A program made the position numbers and the translations under genes. From Haliotis cracherodii (taxonomy: Eukaryota): a stretch of DNA of 64,000 bases. This document shows, one piece after another, positions 1 through 14,115 of this stretch. The notes below the pieces were generated by a model. It saw only the letters and a list, made by a program, of their open reading frames with translations. It had not been told where the DNA came from and searched no databases. Within the stretch, counting starts at the first letter, position 1. Every line of letters begins with the position of its first letter. The stretch is taken from the NCBI RefSeq assembly GCF_022045235.1, contig NW_027266286.1, positions 75,516,001-75,580,000 of the forward strand, in the 5' to 3' direction.

Positions 1-178
1 CATAGGACAGGGTTGTACCGTTTACTGTCAGTGCTGTGTTGTATTTCAGAACATAGGACAGGGTTGTACCGTTTACTGTCAGTGCTGTGTTGTATTTCAG
101 AACATAGGACAGGGTTGTACCGTTTACTGTCAGTGCTGTGTTGTATTTCAGAACATGGGACAGGGTTGTACCGTTCAC
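1..178. repeat. 51-bp tandem repeat (runs off the window start)
   Basis: cataggacagggttgtaccgtttactgtcagtgctgtgttgtatttcagaa x ~3.5. Confidence 0.9.
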
Positions 179-470
179 TGTGAGTTCTGACTTTCGTTTC
201 ACAACATTATACATGATTGATACATTGCCTGTCAGCACTGGGTTGTATTTCAGATAGGTCTTGCCATCAGTGTTGACATGGGTTTTAAAACATAATTAGA
301 TATTGGTCGTAGAGGAGACACTATGACTTGTTCCACGTGGTCAGTAGGGCGCACAGTTACAGATAAGTCTGATAAGACCAACTAGTATACTAAAGCCCCG
401 ACCTTGACATATTATATCTATCGTCAGCTGCACCCACGACGTGAGAAGTAATCTTAAAACTGTTATTTGA

Positions 471-631
471 TAACAAAGTGGAGATTATTTATGGATAAGT
501 ACTTCATTATTTACATCAAGGTGCGTTCCGGTATACATCCTTGTCTAGCAACGGTAGAAAGATCTATACCGAAACGTTGCCTTTACTGTAAATATAGAAG
601 CTGTTATCCATAAATTATCTCCACTTTGTCA
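471..631. mobile_element. Inverted pair of Penelope-type pLTR fragments (hairpin)
   Basis: acaaagtggagattatttatggataa... (473-537) is the imperfect reverse complement of ...ataccgaaacgttgcc...ttatccataaattatctccactttgt (563-629). Confidence 0.55.
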
Positions 632-1004
632 TCCGTCAACTGCTAAGTAACGCCTATCAAACAATTCAATTCAAGTCATTTGATTTGTCAACTGAGCATT
701 AAAAACAGTTTTGTTATGTCCCGAGAGTATGTGAATCTGTGTACATACCACAGTCCCTCCACTCCAGAGTGCCAGTGGATTGGAATCCTGGACGAACCCC
801 GAAGGCAGGAACAGTCAGAGCAAGAACCAACAGGAGCATGGTGACTCTTGCACAGACCAAGTTATGACGCTCATCGACTGGGAAATACTATTCAATTACT
901 GATAACAAAGTCTAAATCACGTGACATGTGCCCTGACCTGAATTTGTCAGGGCACATTTATCTTTTTATAGCATATATCCTATTCAATTGTTCACCTTAA
1001 CAAA

Positions 1005-1425
1005 ACTGGAACACATGGTACACTGGAACACATGTTACACATGGTACACATGGTACACTGGAACACATGGTACACTAGAACACATGGTACACGTGGTACA
1101 GCTCGACACGTGGTACACATGGTACACTGGAACACATGGTACACTAGAACACATGGTACACATGGTACAGCTCGACACATTGTACACATGGTACACTGGA
1201 ACACATGACACACATGGCACACGTGGTACACATGGTACACTGGAACACATGGTACACGTGGTACACATGGTATAGCTCGACACATCGCACACATGGTACA
1301 CTGGAACACATGACACACATGGCACACGTGGTACACATGGTACACTGGAACACATGGTACACATGGTACACATGGTACAGCTCGACACATGGTACACATG
1401 GTACACTGGAACACATGGCACAGCT
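1005..1425. repeat. Minisatellite based on a 9-bp acacatggt motif
   Basis: Repeated acacatggt / acactgga / acagctcg units; source of several spurious ORFs. Confidence 0.9.
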
Positions 1426-2639
1426 TGACCAAAGATTACAGCGGACAGCATCTGTAGTCACTGACTTTTTGTCTATTCTCAATTTAAAAACATTACTCTT
1501 AAACAGGCGGATCCCAAAATGTACTTTCTGAAGTTCAATACCTGATCCATGTATCACCAAACGTTTTCAAACTTTGTCCTCCGTTACTCCAGTTACTATA
1601 GGTTAGGCCAAACTGTATCATACAAGAGTAATTGTCGCTGCAACAACAACATGGAAACCCAAGTGTGCATGTTTAGATAAATTATTGATACACAAACAAA
1701 ACTAGAAAGACAAATTGGCGGCTCCCTTAATGATTCGGGCGGTAGAACCTGCCGCGTGTTCAACTAGTTGGAGGTGAGTTGCACGATATAGCCTCAGGAC
1801 ATGCACTGTTCGCAGTTTTTTATCCACTGTGTCACGTAAGTGTGCTATAAACGACTTGCTAAACAATGTCCAAGGAAAGCTACAAGGGAAGTTCAATTAC
1901 ACAGCTACCCGGGTGTGCGCTTGATTAAACATCAAGTCAGACAAGTCTCCAGTGATGCTACATTAGTTCCAGAAAGGTCGTAAACACGAACGCAGAAAAT
2001 GAACCTCAATGTTGGATATTGTCGGCAGCAACATGTTTCCTATTCGTACGTATGCCAGTAAAGAGAGGCACCTAATCACATCACATACATACGGTGCATA
2101 CATCTCTGACTTCCTCATACCTGTAGCAATTAAATGACCAATCTCTCATTATCACTTTTGGTAGTGATTCATAAACGCAGGCTCATGAAATATTTGGAAT
2201 CGTACTATCGTTTCTGATTAGGGCAGAAATTTCCATGTCGTTTTCATTTATTATTTATTATATATTATCATAAATTTATTATATGTCACAAACACACCTG
2301 GTCAAAATGATATCAACGTGAATACATCAAGTGTGAAGTCAAACTCTGTGGTGTGAAACCTGCTGGTGGGAACAAGTCGAGAGAGAAAACGCCTGGTGTT
2401 ACACACTAACGTGTTATATCACTTCCAGAGAGCCACTCCTCCAAGTTGTTCAGCACATTGTCTGGGGCAGATTATAATGATTAGGATACAAAATACAGAA
2501 ATCGTGAGATGACGCCATGAGAGACGTGATACCACGTGCAGCGGAGACGGTATTTATGATCCGTCCTATCATAGTAATCTCACGGTTAGAATAGACGTCA
2601 TACAAACATATTGAAACACGCTCATGTTTGGATTGAGAC

Positions 2640-3300
2640 TGATTACTAACATTACTCAGTATGTACATACGATTACTAACATTACTCAGTATGTACATAT
2701 GATTACTTACATTACTCAGTATGTACATACGATTACTTACATTGCTAAGTGTGTACATACGATTACTAACATTATTCAGTATGTACAGACGATTACTTAC
2801 ATTACTGAGTATGTACATACGATTACTTACATTACTCAGTATGTACAGACGATTACTAACATTATTCAGTATGTACAGACGATTACTCACATTACTCAGT
2901 ATGTACAGACGATTACTTACATTACTCAGTATGTACAGACGATTACTTACATTACTCAGTATGTACAGACGATTACTCACATTACTCAGTATGTACATAC
3001 GATTACTTACATTACTCAGTATGTACATACGATTACTCACATTACTCAGTATGTACATACGATTACTTACATTACTCAGTATGTACAGACGATTACTTAC
3101 ATTACTCAGTCTGTACAGACGATTACTAACATTACTCAGTATGCACATGCGATTACTAACATTACTCAGTAAGTAAATGCGATTACTAACATTACTCAGT
3201 AAGTAAATACGATTACTTACATTACTCAGCATGTACATACGATTACTTACATAACTCAGTAAGACTACACACGTTACACATTATGTACATACGATTACGT
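2640..3300. repeat. 30-bp tandem repeat
   Basis: gattact(a/t)acattactcagtatgtaca(t/g)ac x ~21. Confidence 0.95.
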
Positions 3301-6300
3301 AATGAACGAATATTCGCTTCTGATAATCCCGCCTACATCTGCCAGTGAACACACCAGTTGTGCTAGAGGGTCTCCCCAATTAAGTTATACGTGAACATTG
3401 ATGTACATATTTGGTATTTACATTAATGTGTTAATATATAACAGCCATATGACCGCGGTATGTACATAATCGTGTGCGAACCAGACAAACCAATCGTTGA
3501 TATCATGAGCATTTCTCTGCTTGACCGGATTGTCAAGGGGGTATTTTCTTTTCTTTACAGTTTCAGTCATGATGTGTTGTTTGGGTACCCCTGAAGGTTC
3601 CTTTTCCCTCAATACATTTAACTACAGATCAATTTAATGCTATTTCATGTTCAAATTACTGGTGATGACTTCATGAATGTAATGGTACCAGGTCTTCGGT
3701 AAATGAGAAGGAATTTTCTTATCAACTGGCACAAAAGGCATTTACTGTTTTTATTTGAAACAAAAAATAATAATCAATTACGTCTTAACATAACCACAAT
3801 ATTCTTTCATTCCATGAGGGAAAATATTTTTCAGATATACTTGTCACTTTTACATCTCCTTGAGACATATAATTTATTTGTTGTAACCTTTAAATACTCT
3901 AACGCCGAGTGATGGGAGACTGTGTGGTTTAAGTTGGGAACAATACTTTTGTGAATGAATTGTGTACAATGCTGTTATAGAATATCGATCAAACTAAATG
4001 CAAATCATCCATTTACAGTAGCATGCGATACATAAATTTCAGTAATAGAAACGATTATTTGTATATCCATGATTGCACTTTCAGTGATGTCACCAGGTGT
4101 TTGTGAGACTCGGAGTATTGTACATCATCAATATGGCATGCATTCGCTATGTACGTAAACACATAGGTTTACTACTCATGGAAGAAGTGTGTCGGACACG
4201 CAGCACATCTACAGAGCCACAATAGTCGGTATGGTGTTCTGGGTTATGTATGCCTGTTTTCTGTTTCCGGTTGACAGATAATCCATGTGTTGTTTTGACA
4301 CTCGGCTGCTTGGTCATGCCAATCTGTACGCGTGTTGTGGTTGAAGATGGGAACGTTAATGTTGTGAATAAAGGATGTACGCTACGCTAATTCAACGTTG
4401 AGGTTATTGTATACAAATTATACATATCTAGTAACATGTCATATTTCTACCACAACAGAGGGAACTGAAGTTATCACAACCTAAGGGAAACAACAAATGA
4501 TGAAATGGTTTGAACGTGACTACTTGCAGTGGCGATACCAGGAGTTAGTGGTACTCGATACAGTACAAACTAGCACTTTGCCAAGTGCCTCTCGGGCTGT
4601 ACACGTGGCCTGTCTGCTACTGCATACATCAATGAGAGGTGTCATACCTTAGCGAAAGCATGCCACTTTCAGATGTACCCATAATAAGTAATTTCCCCTT
4701 ACTTTAATATATATGATCAGTTCAAAATGTTTCAGAACAGGGAACATACATTTACAAACCTCATACCAAATTCAATCAAATGGTCATTGTGCGTTTTTCT
4801 TTTGTATACAGGAAAACAATTTGCACGAAAAAACAACCTGTTAATAAAGGGGCGGGCATGTCTTGATGCTCATGATGTCATTCACTGGATTGTTTGGTCC
4901 AGACTCGATTATTTACAAACCGCAGTCATATAGCTGGAATATTGCCTAGTGCGGCGTTAAACAATAAACAGACACACATATCTATCTTCAGAAGTTATAC
5001 TATACCGTATACGGTTATAACATTCAAGGCCTCAGTATAACTTACATGTCCGATGCAATTCCATATGTTGACTTCTACTATATGTCCCCGCGTTGTTTTC
5101 AGACGAACAATTGACTTGCCTTTGCATGTGTGTGTGACGTGTGCCTTCGGTGTGGCAGGATATGCTCACCTTTGCGCGGAGACCTGGCATCATCACTGAT
5201 GGTGATTCATAAACACATGCTCGTGTTATTATGAAAATGTTTTTCTTTATTTATACCAACAACATATTTAATATATCTATTGCTGTAAGAATGAATTGCT
5301 GTTAATCACTTATTTAATTAGACGCGATGACAAAATATATGCTGACGTTTTTAACAAGCACATTGTATGTACTCAGTGGTATTGGGAGTGTGGAGCATTG
5401 ATCGTGTCCTATGGACATAACGTGGGCGATACAACAGACAGACATCTGCAGGTATATATTTTAGGATCAGAATATTGCATAAAATAAGATAAATTTAGGT
5501 TTTGCCGCTTTGCATATGGCATGATGTAACTGTCTGCGTGAGAATGTACATAGTGTATTTGTTATTATGTAAAAAGTGCTTTTGTACAATGTACTTTTAG
5601 TAGAGATTTCCCGTCGTTGTGAAGCGAATTTTGTCGCTTATATTTCATTGTATCTTTTTGGGTGTTCAGTCTGGCTGCAGGTTGCACTGGGGCTCTGTGT
5701 TCATGTTCATGTTCATCACCGTTGCAAGGTGATTTGTATTTATAAAAATGCAGGCTTATATTTTTAAATAAATAAATACACAGTTTTGCCCCTGAAGCTG
5801 AAAAATATATAATCTCGGTACAAAATCCCAGCATCCTCCCGACCCCTCCCCGCCATATCAAATAGTTGGCTCCGTAATATGTCCTTTGATTTGATGCTAT
5901 CACAATCATACATTGAAGGTGAAAGTACATGCATTAGGTTTCAACAAGGTTGTAATTATATACAATTAATAAACATGAAACATAAAAGCATGTAACATTA
6001 CTCTTGAAAAACATTTTCACTGACATACATAATATATATAGTCATCGTCAGAGAACAACTTGTCTCGATTATCCGACGAAACAGATTCCACTTGGCGTAA
6101 TATAAATTCTACCATGAATTTGGAAATTACTCGATTCTGACTGGTCAATCAGAGGTGGTAAAATCACAATAAACACCCTCTGATTGAAATAGCCAATTAG
6201 ACATCCCAGCATAGCTAATACTCATGGAAAAAGTACTTATCCTTAGTCATTGTCGATAAGCATATTTAAATAATTATATTTGTAATTATAGGCTACAAAA

Positions 6301-6959
6301 TGCAAAAATGCGGTTATTACAATATTCAATGGATGTTTGTCAATACTTTTCGTGCAAAAAGAAGAAGAAATAAGATAGCAATCGACAGAGAGAATGTATC
6401 TAATGTTTTGAGGGGATAAGAGAACTTACAATTTGGCGCTTTTCTATATACGACTGTGACGTCATATCGCGTGCCTTACAATGAACGGCATTATGACGTC
6501 ATGATGGTGACGTGCGGTGTAGAACAAAAGCATTTCAAGGCTTGCTTAGTTTTCTTTAGGGGTGTCCACCTCATGTTCGCTGACCAAGTTGCCGTGCTTA
6601 TTTGCTTTGCCTGTCATATGTTCGAGTGAAGTATTACTTTGTAAACAAACTACTTGAGTAAATATAAAGAGAGCGCCAAATTTTGTTAACGGTTCTTGTC
6701 GGTGATACTTCCCTATTTCATGTCGACAATACACTCAAAATACTGGATTCGGTGTTCGGTTCCAAATTCATTTTAGCGCGGTTAAATCTACAGGTAACCT
6801 AGCTCTACTTTGAAAACACAGTTTGCTTATCTCCAAATTGATAATTGAAAATCAGTGATGAAACCAGGTGCCCGCGCGAATGGGCAAGTGTGTCCTGACC
6901 TACAGGACAGCACCCGCCTCCCACAAAACATGCGGTACAAAGTATGTGTGTTGCCTGAC

Positions 6960-7076
6960 AAAACAGGTTACGGCAATACAAACAGTTTACGGCAATACAA
7001 ACAGTTTACGGCAATACAAACAGTTTACGGCAATACAAACAGGTTACGGCAATACAAACAGTTTACGGCAAATACA
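6960..7076. repeat. 19-bp tandem repeat ~200 bp upstream of the CHST15-like ATG
   Basis: cggcaatacaaacagttta x ~6. Confidence 0.9.
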
Positions 7077-7270
7077 ATCGATTTCAATACAACTGTTTCT
7101 TCTCTTATTTCTTAAGAATAACTGCATCACCTGTACATTGAAGTAAAAACACTATGTTTCATATTGATTGACGTTATCGATCCCTTTACAACGTCTGTTG
7201 GATTAGCTCGAGAAATCCACACACTGACAGAGTGCAGGTCCGACTGTTCAGTGCCTTACTGTATCGCGCC

Positions 7271-10200
7271 ATGCTGGGAAGAGTGCATCTGAACCTAACA
7301 TGTCTGGGCCTTCTCGTCCTCGTGTCTTTGTTGGTCGTTGCACTCTTGAACGACAGTATCATCCATAACATATCGTTTTCCACGCTTTCGGGACAGAGGT
7401 CCAGTCCTGGCCATGCTGTATCAAAGCCTATGCTGCCTGACTTGTACGATCAGCAGAAACGAAAAGCACTTGACATCATGAACACGGTGAGATATAGTAG
7501 TTACACAGACATTTTCACTACCCACAATATCATACTGTCAAGTCAAAGTGAAAGAATATATATTTTGAGTTAGCAAGGACGGTGTCCTGGCGGACTACTT
7601 TAACAACTGATGGATGCATGTACAGATGTACCCTTAGGTTACGCTGGAAGTACGTAATGACAGTATATACACTAGGCGGACTACTTTAACAAGATTCGGG
7701 GAAAACATGGCATCCATGCGGGCCTCGCTTACGAAGTGTCACGATTGCTTCCCAAGTGCCAAGTTTCCCAACTCCCCAATGGTCTCGGTGCCTTAAGTTT
7801 AATACCTCCCAATCTGTTGACTGACATTGAGAGAGTACCCGGGTACTCTCCGAAAAGCTGTTCGACCAGTCAGCGCTTCCTGGGAGAAGTACCATTCGCT
7901 GTCTGGGCTGCGTGTAGAGGGGGCAAGGCCCCTGAGCTGATAATGAGCCTAACCAGCCTGTCTGTGCCAGGATCATCCGAACCTTCTTTTCTGCATTTAT
8001 GCTTTTACTTATAATTATGATGATGGTATATGATGATGATGACTCCTTGCTTTCTGGCATTGAATGTTTCATTGCAGTCGATGTTTACATTCAACCAAGC
8101 ATTCAAAAATCCATGCTGGTGGGAAACATCACTTGATGACAGCAACTGTGTTGATCTGATGGAAGACGCACGGAAACCACTGCAACAAGCGCACAGAGAC
8201 CTCAGGGCCGACAAGAGGATCCTGCGATGCCTACCGTATTTCCAGATAGTGGGTCAGGCCAAATGTGGAACAACTGATCTCTTCAGTAAACTTCTCATGC
8301 ACCCACACGCTGTACCGACCATGCTGAAGGAGACGCAGTGGGTTAGCCGCGTGCGAACAAGTACGTTTCTGTAGCTGATCTATATCTACGAGCTGTCAAC
8401 ATTTGCTCAACGTATAACCATCAACGTATAACCATCAACGTATAACCATCAACGTATATATATATCCCTACCCCCATCTCTTACATGAGTAAATGATGAA
8501 TCGACAAACAACTTCATATGAAAGCTCTAGAGCTGAGCTGTGTTGGCTGCTGTAATTAATAAATATATTTGATTGTTTCAGACCAGTTTTGTTCTCCCGT
8601 AAACACGTACGTGAACTACTTTCAAAAGAGTGCCAATAGTATCAGACAAGGATTGCAGGATAAAGCTATAATAGGTAAACCACTTTGTCTATGATGTTTG
8701 ATCATAATTTTTCATAGTTCTGTTTTAGATATTGAGATTACTACACGAGTGTCTGTCAGATACGAGTTGTAAGATCAATGGTATCTGACAGGCACGACTG
8801 CAGTAATCTGTTTCTCGCACCTTTTTAGCATCGAATCGATCCATTTTGTCTATTCTCATGATCGCAGTAGCGCATTAATATATAACACCACTATCATAAG
8901 CGACGTCATCCTATGTACTGCTTACTACTCATTAATAATGTGACCCTACACAAAAAGGTGACCGCCATATCTGCGGATTATCAAGGCATTGATGATAATG
9001 CCAAACTATACAAAAAAAGAACGCGCTGGGTGCCGAGTTTAAACAATGTTTACTTCCGTATGAGTGAGTGAGTGAGTGAGTTGGGTTTAACGCCGCTTTT
9101 AACATTATTCCATTTATATCACGGCGTGTCAGCTTAATGCGGGAGGAAAGCCCAAAGTGATGCAGGTCTCAGACGTTAACCACTTCGGTGAAACCCACGA
9201 GCACGGGTATGGTGCTGACAAACCTAGAAACATAATCGGGGTGAACCGGGATTCGAACCCACAATCATAGGTTTCTGGCGTGTCCAGGGGACGCAACTCT
9301 GCACAGCGAATCGCGGCGCCTTAGACGACTGGGCCACCCGTGTCCCCACTTCCGTATGACATCCATACCGGTGACCGACTTTTACAAAATGTCTTCTTCA
9401 CTGACAACAGTACGCGGAGTTTCTAGAGGAGGGTTTTCGTTGATTGAGGGATCGTATACACATAAATGTGTGACGTAGGTAATCAAAAACATTCTGACAA
9501 TCTGCCTACTGTTATTTGTTACCATGTTTTCCAATGTAACAAAGAGAATTGGTCAGAAATGCAAATAACTACCGTCTTCGTTGAGCGTGATTTAGCATCA
9601 GTTATAGCGTCACACAGGACGGAAACTTTTACGGCTTCTGTTGAATTTACCACATCATTGTAATGTATATATGTGTAATTCCATAATTAGGGCAACATTA
9701 TTCTTCCCGTGAATAATCCCAAACGCATGATCGAGCCAATGTATGCAACAATTAAACGAAAGTGCCTCTAAAAATGCTACACAGTGTAAAATCTGAATTT
9801 TGCTTTGTTTATATTTCAGCAAGTACAGTTTTCGTTTCCATGCCTAATTTATTTCGCATGATTTCATCTAGATTATTTGCATTGGTGACAAAGACCATTT
9901 GTCACTTGTTTCTAAAATGTATGAGGAATTCAGGGATGCATGTATAGCAGCTGAGTTTGAAATATACCTGATGAAAAAGGAGCCTCATAACCGGCATTGT
10001 GTAAACACAATCCAATATGGCGGTACACTTCGCATTCTACACGATTCTAGGCTTATCAGCGACGTTTCAGAATTATCATTAGTGATTTGATACCCGTAAT
10101 TACTAATATGCTATTTTCCTACTCTAATTATTCGAGTAAATATCGAGTAAATTAGATTTCTAAACACACAGTAAGTAACGCCGTGAATTGTGATTTTGCG

Positions 10201-13200
10201 AGATTTACAAATTAATGTACCTAATTTTCAGAAGTCACTTTCAGTAATTTTTATTTGCCTACAATGACATTAAATGACAAACAGAAGGGAGAATACACTG
10301 TGAAGTGTATTAGTTTGCGTGATGTATTTTGAATCTTATTCGACTTCGAAGTGAGGGTTGAAGAGGAGGGACATATGTGTCGCTGTGGCATCCAGGGGGT
10401 TTTCACTCTGAAAAAACGATAATGTTGACATAACAACAGATTATGTAAGTGATCATAATAACAAACTCGCTGACGAGGACGAGTTTGTTTATTTTTACAC
10501 GGTCCTGTGGTTCAATGCAGACGCAGGTGAACATTCGACTGAAGAACAAGCATCTTATGAATGACTTACACTCAGGAAAGTAGTCCGTTATCATCTGACC
10601 TCAGTTCAACACCATGGAGTAGCCAATCACGGGCCTGGAATTCGATCTCACACAATAATTTGATACCAGTTATCTCAAATGGGTTTCTCACCCACAGGTG
10701 TGTAAGAAATAGAGAATCTAACCCGAGTCTTATTTGATATCAAATATATCAACACGAGTTTTTTTCCACTTTTATCGACGAGTGTTGATATATTTGATAT
10801 CAAATAAGACTCGGGTTAGATTCTCTATTTCTGCCACTTTTATCAACGAGTGTTGATATATTTGATATAAAAAACACGAAGGTGAGATTTTATTATCATC
10901 CAACATCATTCTTTCAACTTTTTCAATTTGTAGACAGTACTTAGCAGTGTCTTCAGTGTAAAAAGTACTGCAAACAGCTTCAGTAGCAGAGCCATTAGTG
11001 ATGTCATTTGATTGTGACGTCATGGTAACCAGAGACGTCACAATAGTCTGCAAAGCATTGTGATGTAATTTCATTGCAGCGATATCTACAGTGTAGATAT
11101 CGCTTGACCTCACCCAAGCGATACCTCCTGTGGGAGCCAGTTTTGGATGATATCTTGGATTGACCCCTGATCGTATCCATGTGAAGTACATGCCGTTGTG
11201 TTTATTTCGCACAAACACCTTTGTAAAGGGTAGTGGTCTCATAAGCGAGCTATGTATTTGCAATTTCGAATTCCGAAATATATGCAAAAAGTTAACGTAA
11301 CCTAGGTTTATCTAACCAATAAAAAATGTCCATTTAAAAAGCGCCTAACTCAACATCGATAATATTCTGATGTCGCATACGATGTTAGTTTAAAGAGACG
11401 TTAAAAAGATAAGTCGTAAGTTGCGCTTGAAAGCAGAATGGGTTTGCATTATCCGAGGATAGTCTGGAAGATTGTTCCTCTTCCTGACTGCTGCTAGACT
11501 GAAAGATCGAAGGCCACGTGATTAAAGTGTCAATCCGGGGACTTCAAGAAGATGCTTAGGTCCTGAAAGCAAGACCCTGGTGGGTCAGGATTCAGTAAGT
11601 AGATCACAGAAGTAGCCAGAAACAGAGCCGTGCACACGTCAAGGACAGCATCTGTAAGTCCTCTCCTGCTCTCACTGACCGACACTGATGTGCTGGAGTG
11701 AAGCTGTCAAAGCTGAAGTGTTCTGAATCAGTTGCAGTCGAGGGATTAGGTCCTGAGCTATATTATGTAGCAAACTGTTGCCACAGTCACGGCAAGACAA
11801 TATCAGGAATCGTCCGCATTGGACGCATGTCATTCCTACCAGTTGGAGACGGGTGGGGTGTTGAAATCGCTTTATTAATTATGTATATGTTTTTATTGAA
11901 CACGGACTAATTATTTTTCAGGGGAAGCTACTCCAAGCTATTTGTCGATAAATCGATTGTGGGACCTGTTGCCAGGCAACGAGGGGTGCTGGGAGCCATG
12001 TGTCACTAATGCTGACATTATCCACCACCTGAATCCAAACACGAAGATCATCATAATTCTCCGCAATCCCACTGACAGGTGACTGGTTGTGGAGCGGATC
12101 GTGTAACAGACAGCGTTATAACCAAGCTGACCCACGGGCACGACTCTGTCGGGATGGGTCTCTCCTTGAGCTGTTCCACGATGTGCTGGCGTTCTAATCA
12201 CATATTTGTCCCAATCCCCTATCTATTCATTCAAACTCGTGCTCGTATGTTTCGTAACAGAACCAAACGTCTGAACTCACTTAGCAGATATGCACGTCCT
12301 AATATTATTGACACGCCGCCCTGAGCATTGTTAAACTCATTCTCATCTCCGTGATTTAGTTTAGAGAGAAGAAGTGTTTTTGATAATTCCTTTGAAGCAT
12401 TTCTACATACAACCGTGAATGCAAATCATGCACTTCCTGATGCGTGTCTGTTGTTACGGTTGCAGACTTTACTCCTACTACTTCCACGTGGAGCGAATAC
12501 GTCAAGAAAGGGCGTATAAGGGTGAGTTCCACCAGCTGGTGATGCGGGAGGTGGCAGAGTACCAGGACTGTCTCAAAACCAACACGCCCCGGAGATGCGC
12601 TTACAACTACACGTCTTCATCTGTACCTACGAAAAAGGTACTTAGACACTTTGGGGATGATTTCGTCATCTTCATATGCTTCAAATAATTATACTATTGT
12701 AAGTTAAGAGTTTTTGCCTAGGAACAGATGCACCCAATACTCAACATTCAAGTTTTTGGTCTTTTAATACGCTTATCTGCTTTCTCAGCTTCATCTTTCA
12801 GAGTATCATGGCATGTTACAGATCGACCTCAGAAGAGGGTTATATTCGATATTTGTCACAGACTGGATGAAAGTATACCCCTCGGAGCAGATGCTCATCC
12901 TCAGGTTCGAAGACTACAGAAACAAAGTAGAAGAACACCTCCAGCAGGTTTTCTCTTTCCTCGACCTCAGTGAGAACTTGTTCATTTGAATCTGCCAAAA
13001 CGTGTTGAATAGCAATGCATTTAGGAAACAATCCTAACGGTAGCCGTGAACCAAGCGCATGACATTGTTCATATTTCATACACACGCACAAATATATTCA
13101 AAGTTTAAAAATATTTTGTTCATCTTTCATAAACTGTGAAGTGTGTATTTTCTATATATTAATCTAATGGCGCTTGCAGTCACACGGGTCGGACACGGCG

Positions 13201-14115
13201 CCACATTACCTGAGCAGTCCCGTAGCTAAGATGTGATGATTAAGCGTCTTTAAACCCAACTCACCCACTCACTCACTAGTTTGTTTGTTTATTGTTCAAC
13301 GCCGCACTCAGCAATATTCCAGCTATATGATGGCAGTGTGTAAATAATCGAGTCTGAACCAGACAATCCAGCGATTGACATCGTGAGCATCGATCCACGC
13401 ATCTCGGATGCGATGACATGCATCAACCAAGTCAGCGAGTCTGACCAGCCGACCCCGTTAGTGCCCTCTATCGGCATAGTCGCCTTTTATGGCAAGCATG
13501 GGTTGCTGAAAACCTATTCTACCCCGGATCTGCACGGGTCCACTTGCTACAAGACGAGAGTTGGGTGATCATGAGTATCTCACCGAAGGAAATGAAGAAA
13601 TGTCACTTCCTGTAGCATACACAAACAAACCTTAGGACAACATGACGGAACCTGATCCTCATCAGCTTTCAGTCAGGAAACCAGGTGTTCCAAAATCGTT
13701 TGACAATATCCTGCTCTGAACAACTGATTCAGTGTTACTAAATTATATATGTCTCCGAACATTTTGCCACTCATATGCCTTGTATATCACATATATAGAT
13801 ATAACAATTCAATCGTTCATATAAGATGAAAACCACGTGCGTATGTACAAAGATGTTACATGCACCAACGTAACGATTCAATTCACAGAGCTCGTAACCT
13901 GGCCATCTTATGTTTCAGTGCCACTTTCCCAGAAGAAGATTACATCAATAGCTAATTCCGCAATCCAAAATAAACGTCAAGCATCCAGTAGAAAGTTTGG
14001 TGACATGTGGACATCGACAAGGGAGGTTCTCGATAGGTTCTACAAGCCATATAATGAACAGTTGTCTGCTCTACTACAGAACGAGCGTTACCTATGGCGT
14101 AAAACTGTGAACTGA
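7271..14115 (+). CDS. CHST15: Carbohydrate sulfotransferase 15-like (GalNAc4S-6-O-sulfotransferase family), type II Golgi membrane protein, 421 aa, 7 coding exons
   Basis: Exons 7271-7486, 8078-8360, 8582-8674, 11922-12078, 12466-12637, 12822-12969, 13919-14115. All introns are GT-AG with consistent phases (0,1,1,2,0,1), total 1266 nt. N-terminal TM segment LGLLVLVSLLVVALL. Family motifs: NPCW, RCLPYFQIVGQAKCGTTDL (5'-PSB), KETQW, GEATPSY, IIIILRNPTDRLYSYY (3'-PB), GLYSIFVTDWMKVY, RFEDY, LDRFYKPYNEQLSALL...YLW. May be one of several paralogues rather than the strict orthologue. Confidence 0.9.
9064..9347 (-). mobile_element. tRNA-derived SINE (family A), full length
   Basis: Pol III A/B boxes (TGGCCCAGTCG...GGTTCGAATCC), tail GGCGTTAAACCCAA(CTCA)n, 12-bp TSD acttccgtatga at 9052-9063 and 9348-9359. 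Lies in CHST15 intron 3. Confidence 0.88.
10705..10832. mobile_element. Hairpin/MITE-like element with perfect 51-bp inverted arms
   Basis: 10705-10755 and 10782-10832 are exact reverse complements around a 26-nt loop. The adjacent 10860-11095 segment has an inverted homologue at ~20400-20650. Confidence 0.7.
11390..11700 (-). mobile_element. L2/CR1-group LINE 3' fragment
   Basis: Minus-strand remnant resembling GLRSFSLAAVRKRNNLP...FKRNL, the typical end of L2 ORF2. Confidence 0.5.
13278..13540 (-). mobile_element. Non-autonomous retroposon (family D), RTE-like 5' motif and (CAAA)n tail
   Basis: 5' CCCGTGCAGATCCGGGGTAGAATAGG...GCTTGCCATAAAAGGCGACTA; 3' GCTGGAATATTGCTGAGTGCGGCGTTGAACAATAAACAAACAAA. 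Fragments also at ~4860-4975, ~16860-17050 and ~34345-34400. Confidence 0.7.

Noticed and set aside
7650-8045. GC-richer intron-1 segment ending in (TGA)n, possibly a LINE 3' fragment or an extra exon
   Set aside because: No diagnostic motifs, and exons 1 and 2 of the CHST15-like gene already join in frame without it.
8730-10710. Possible large decayed DNA transposon (ends tttctcgcacct / aggtgtgtaagaaa) in CHST15 intron 3
   Set aside because: Terminal similarity is short and I could not read a convincing transposase or recombinase frame, so it is left unannotated.
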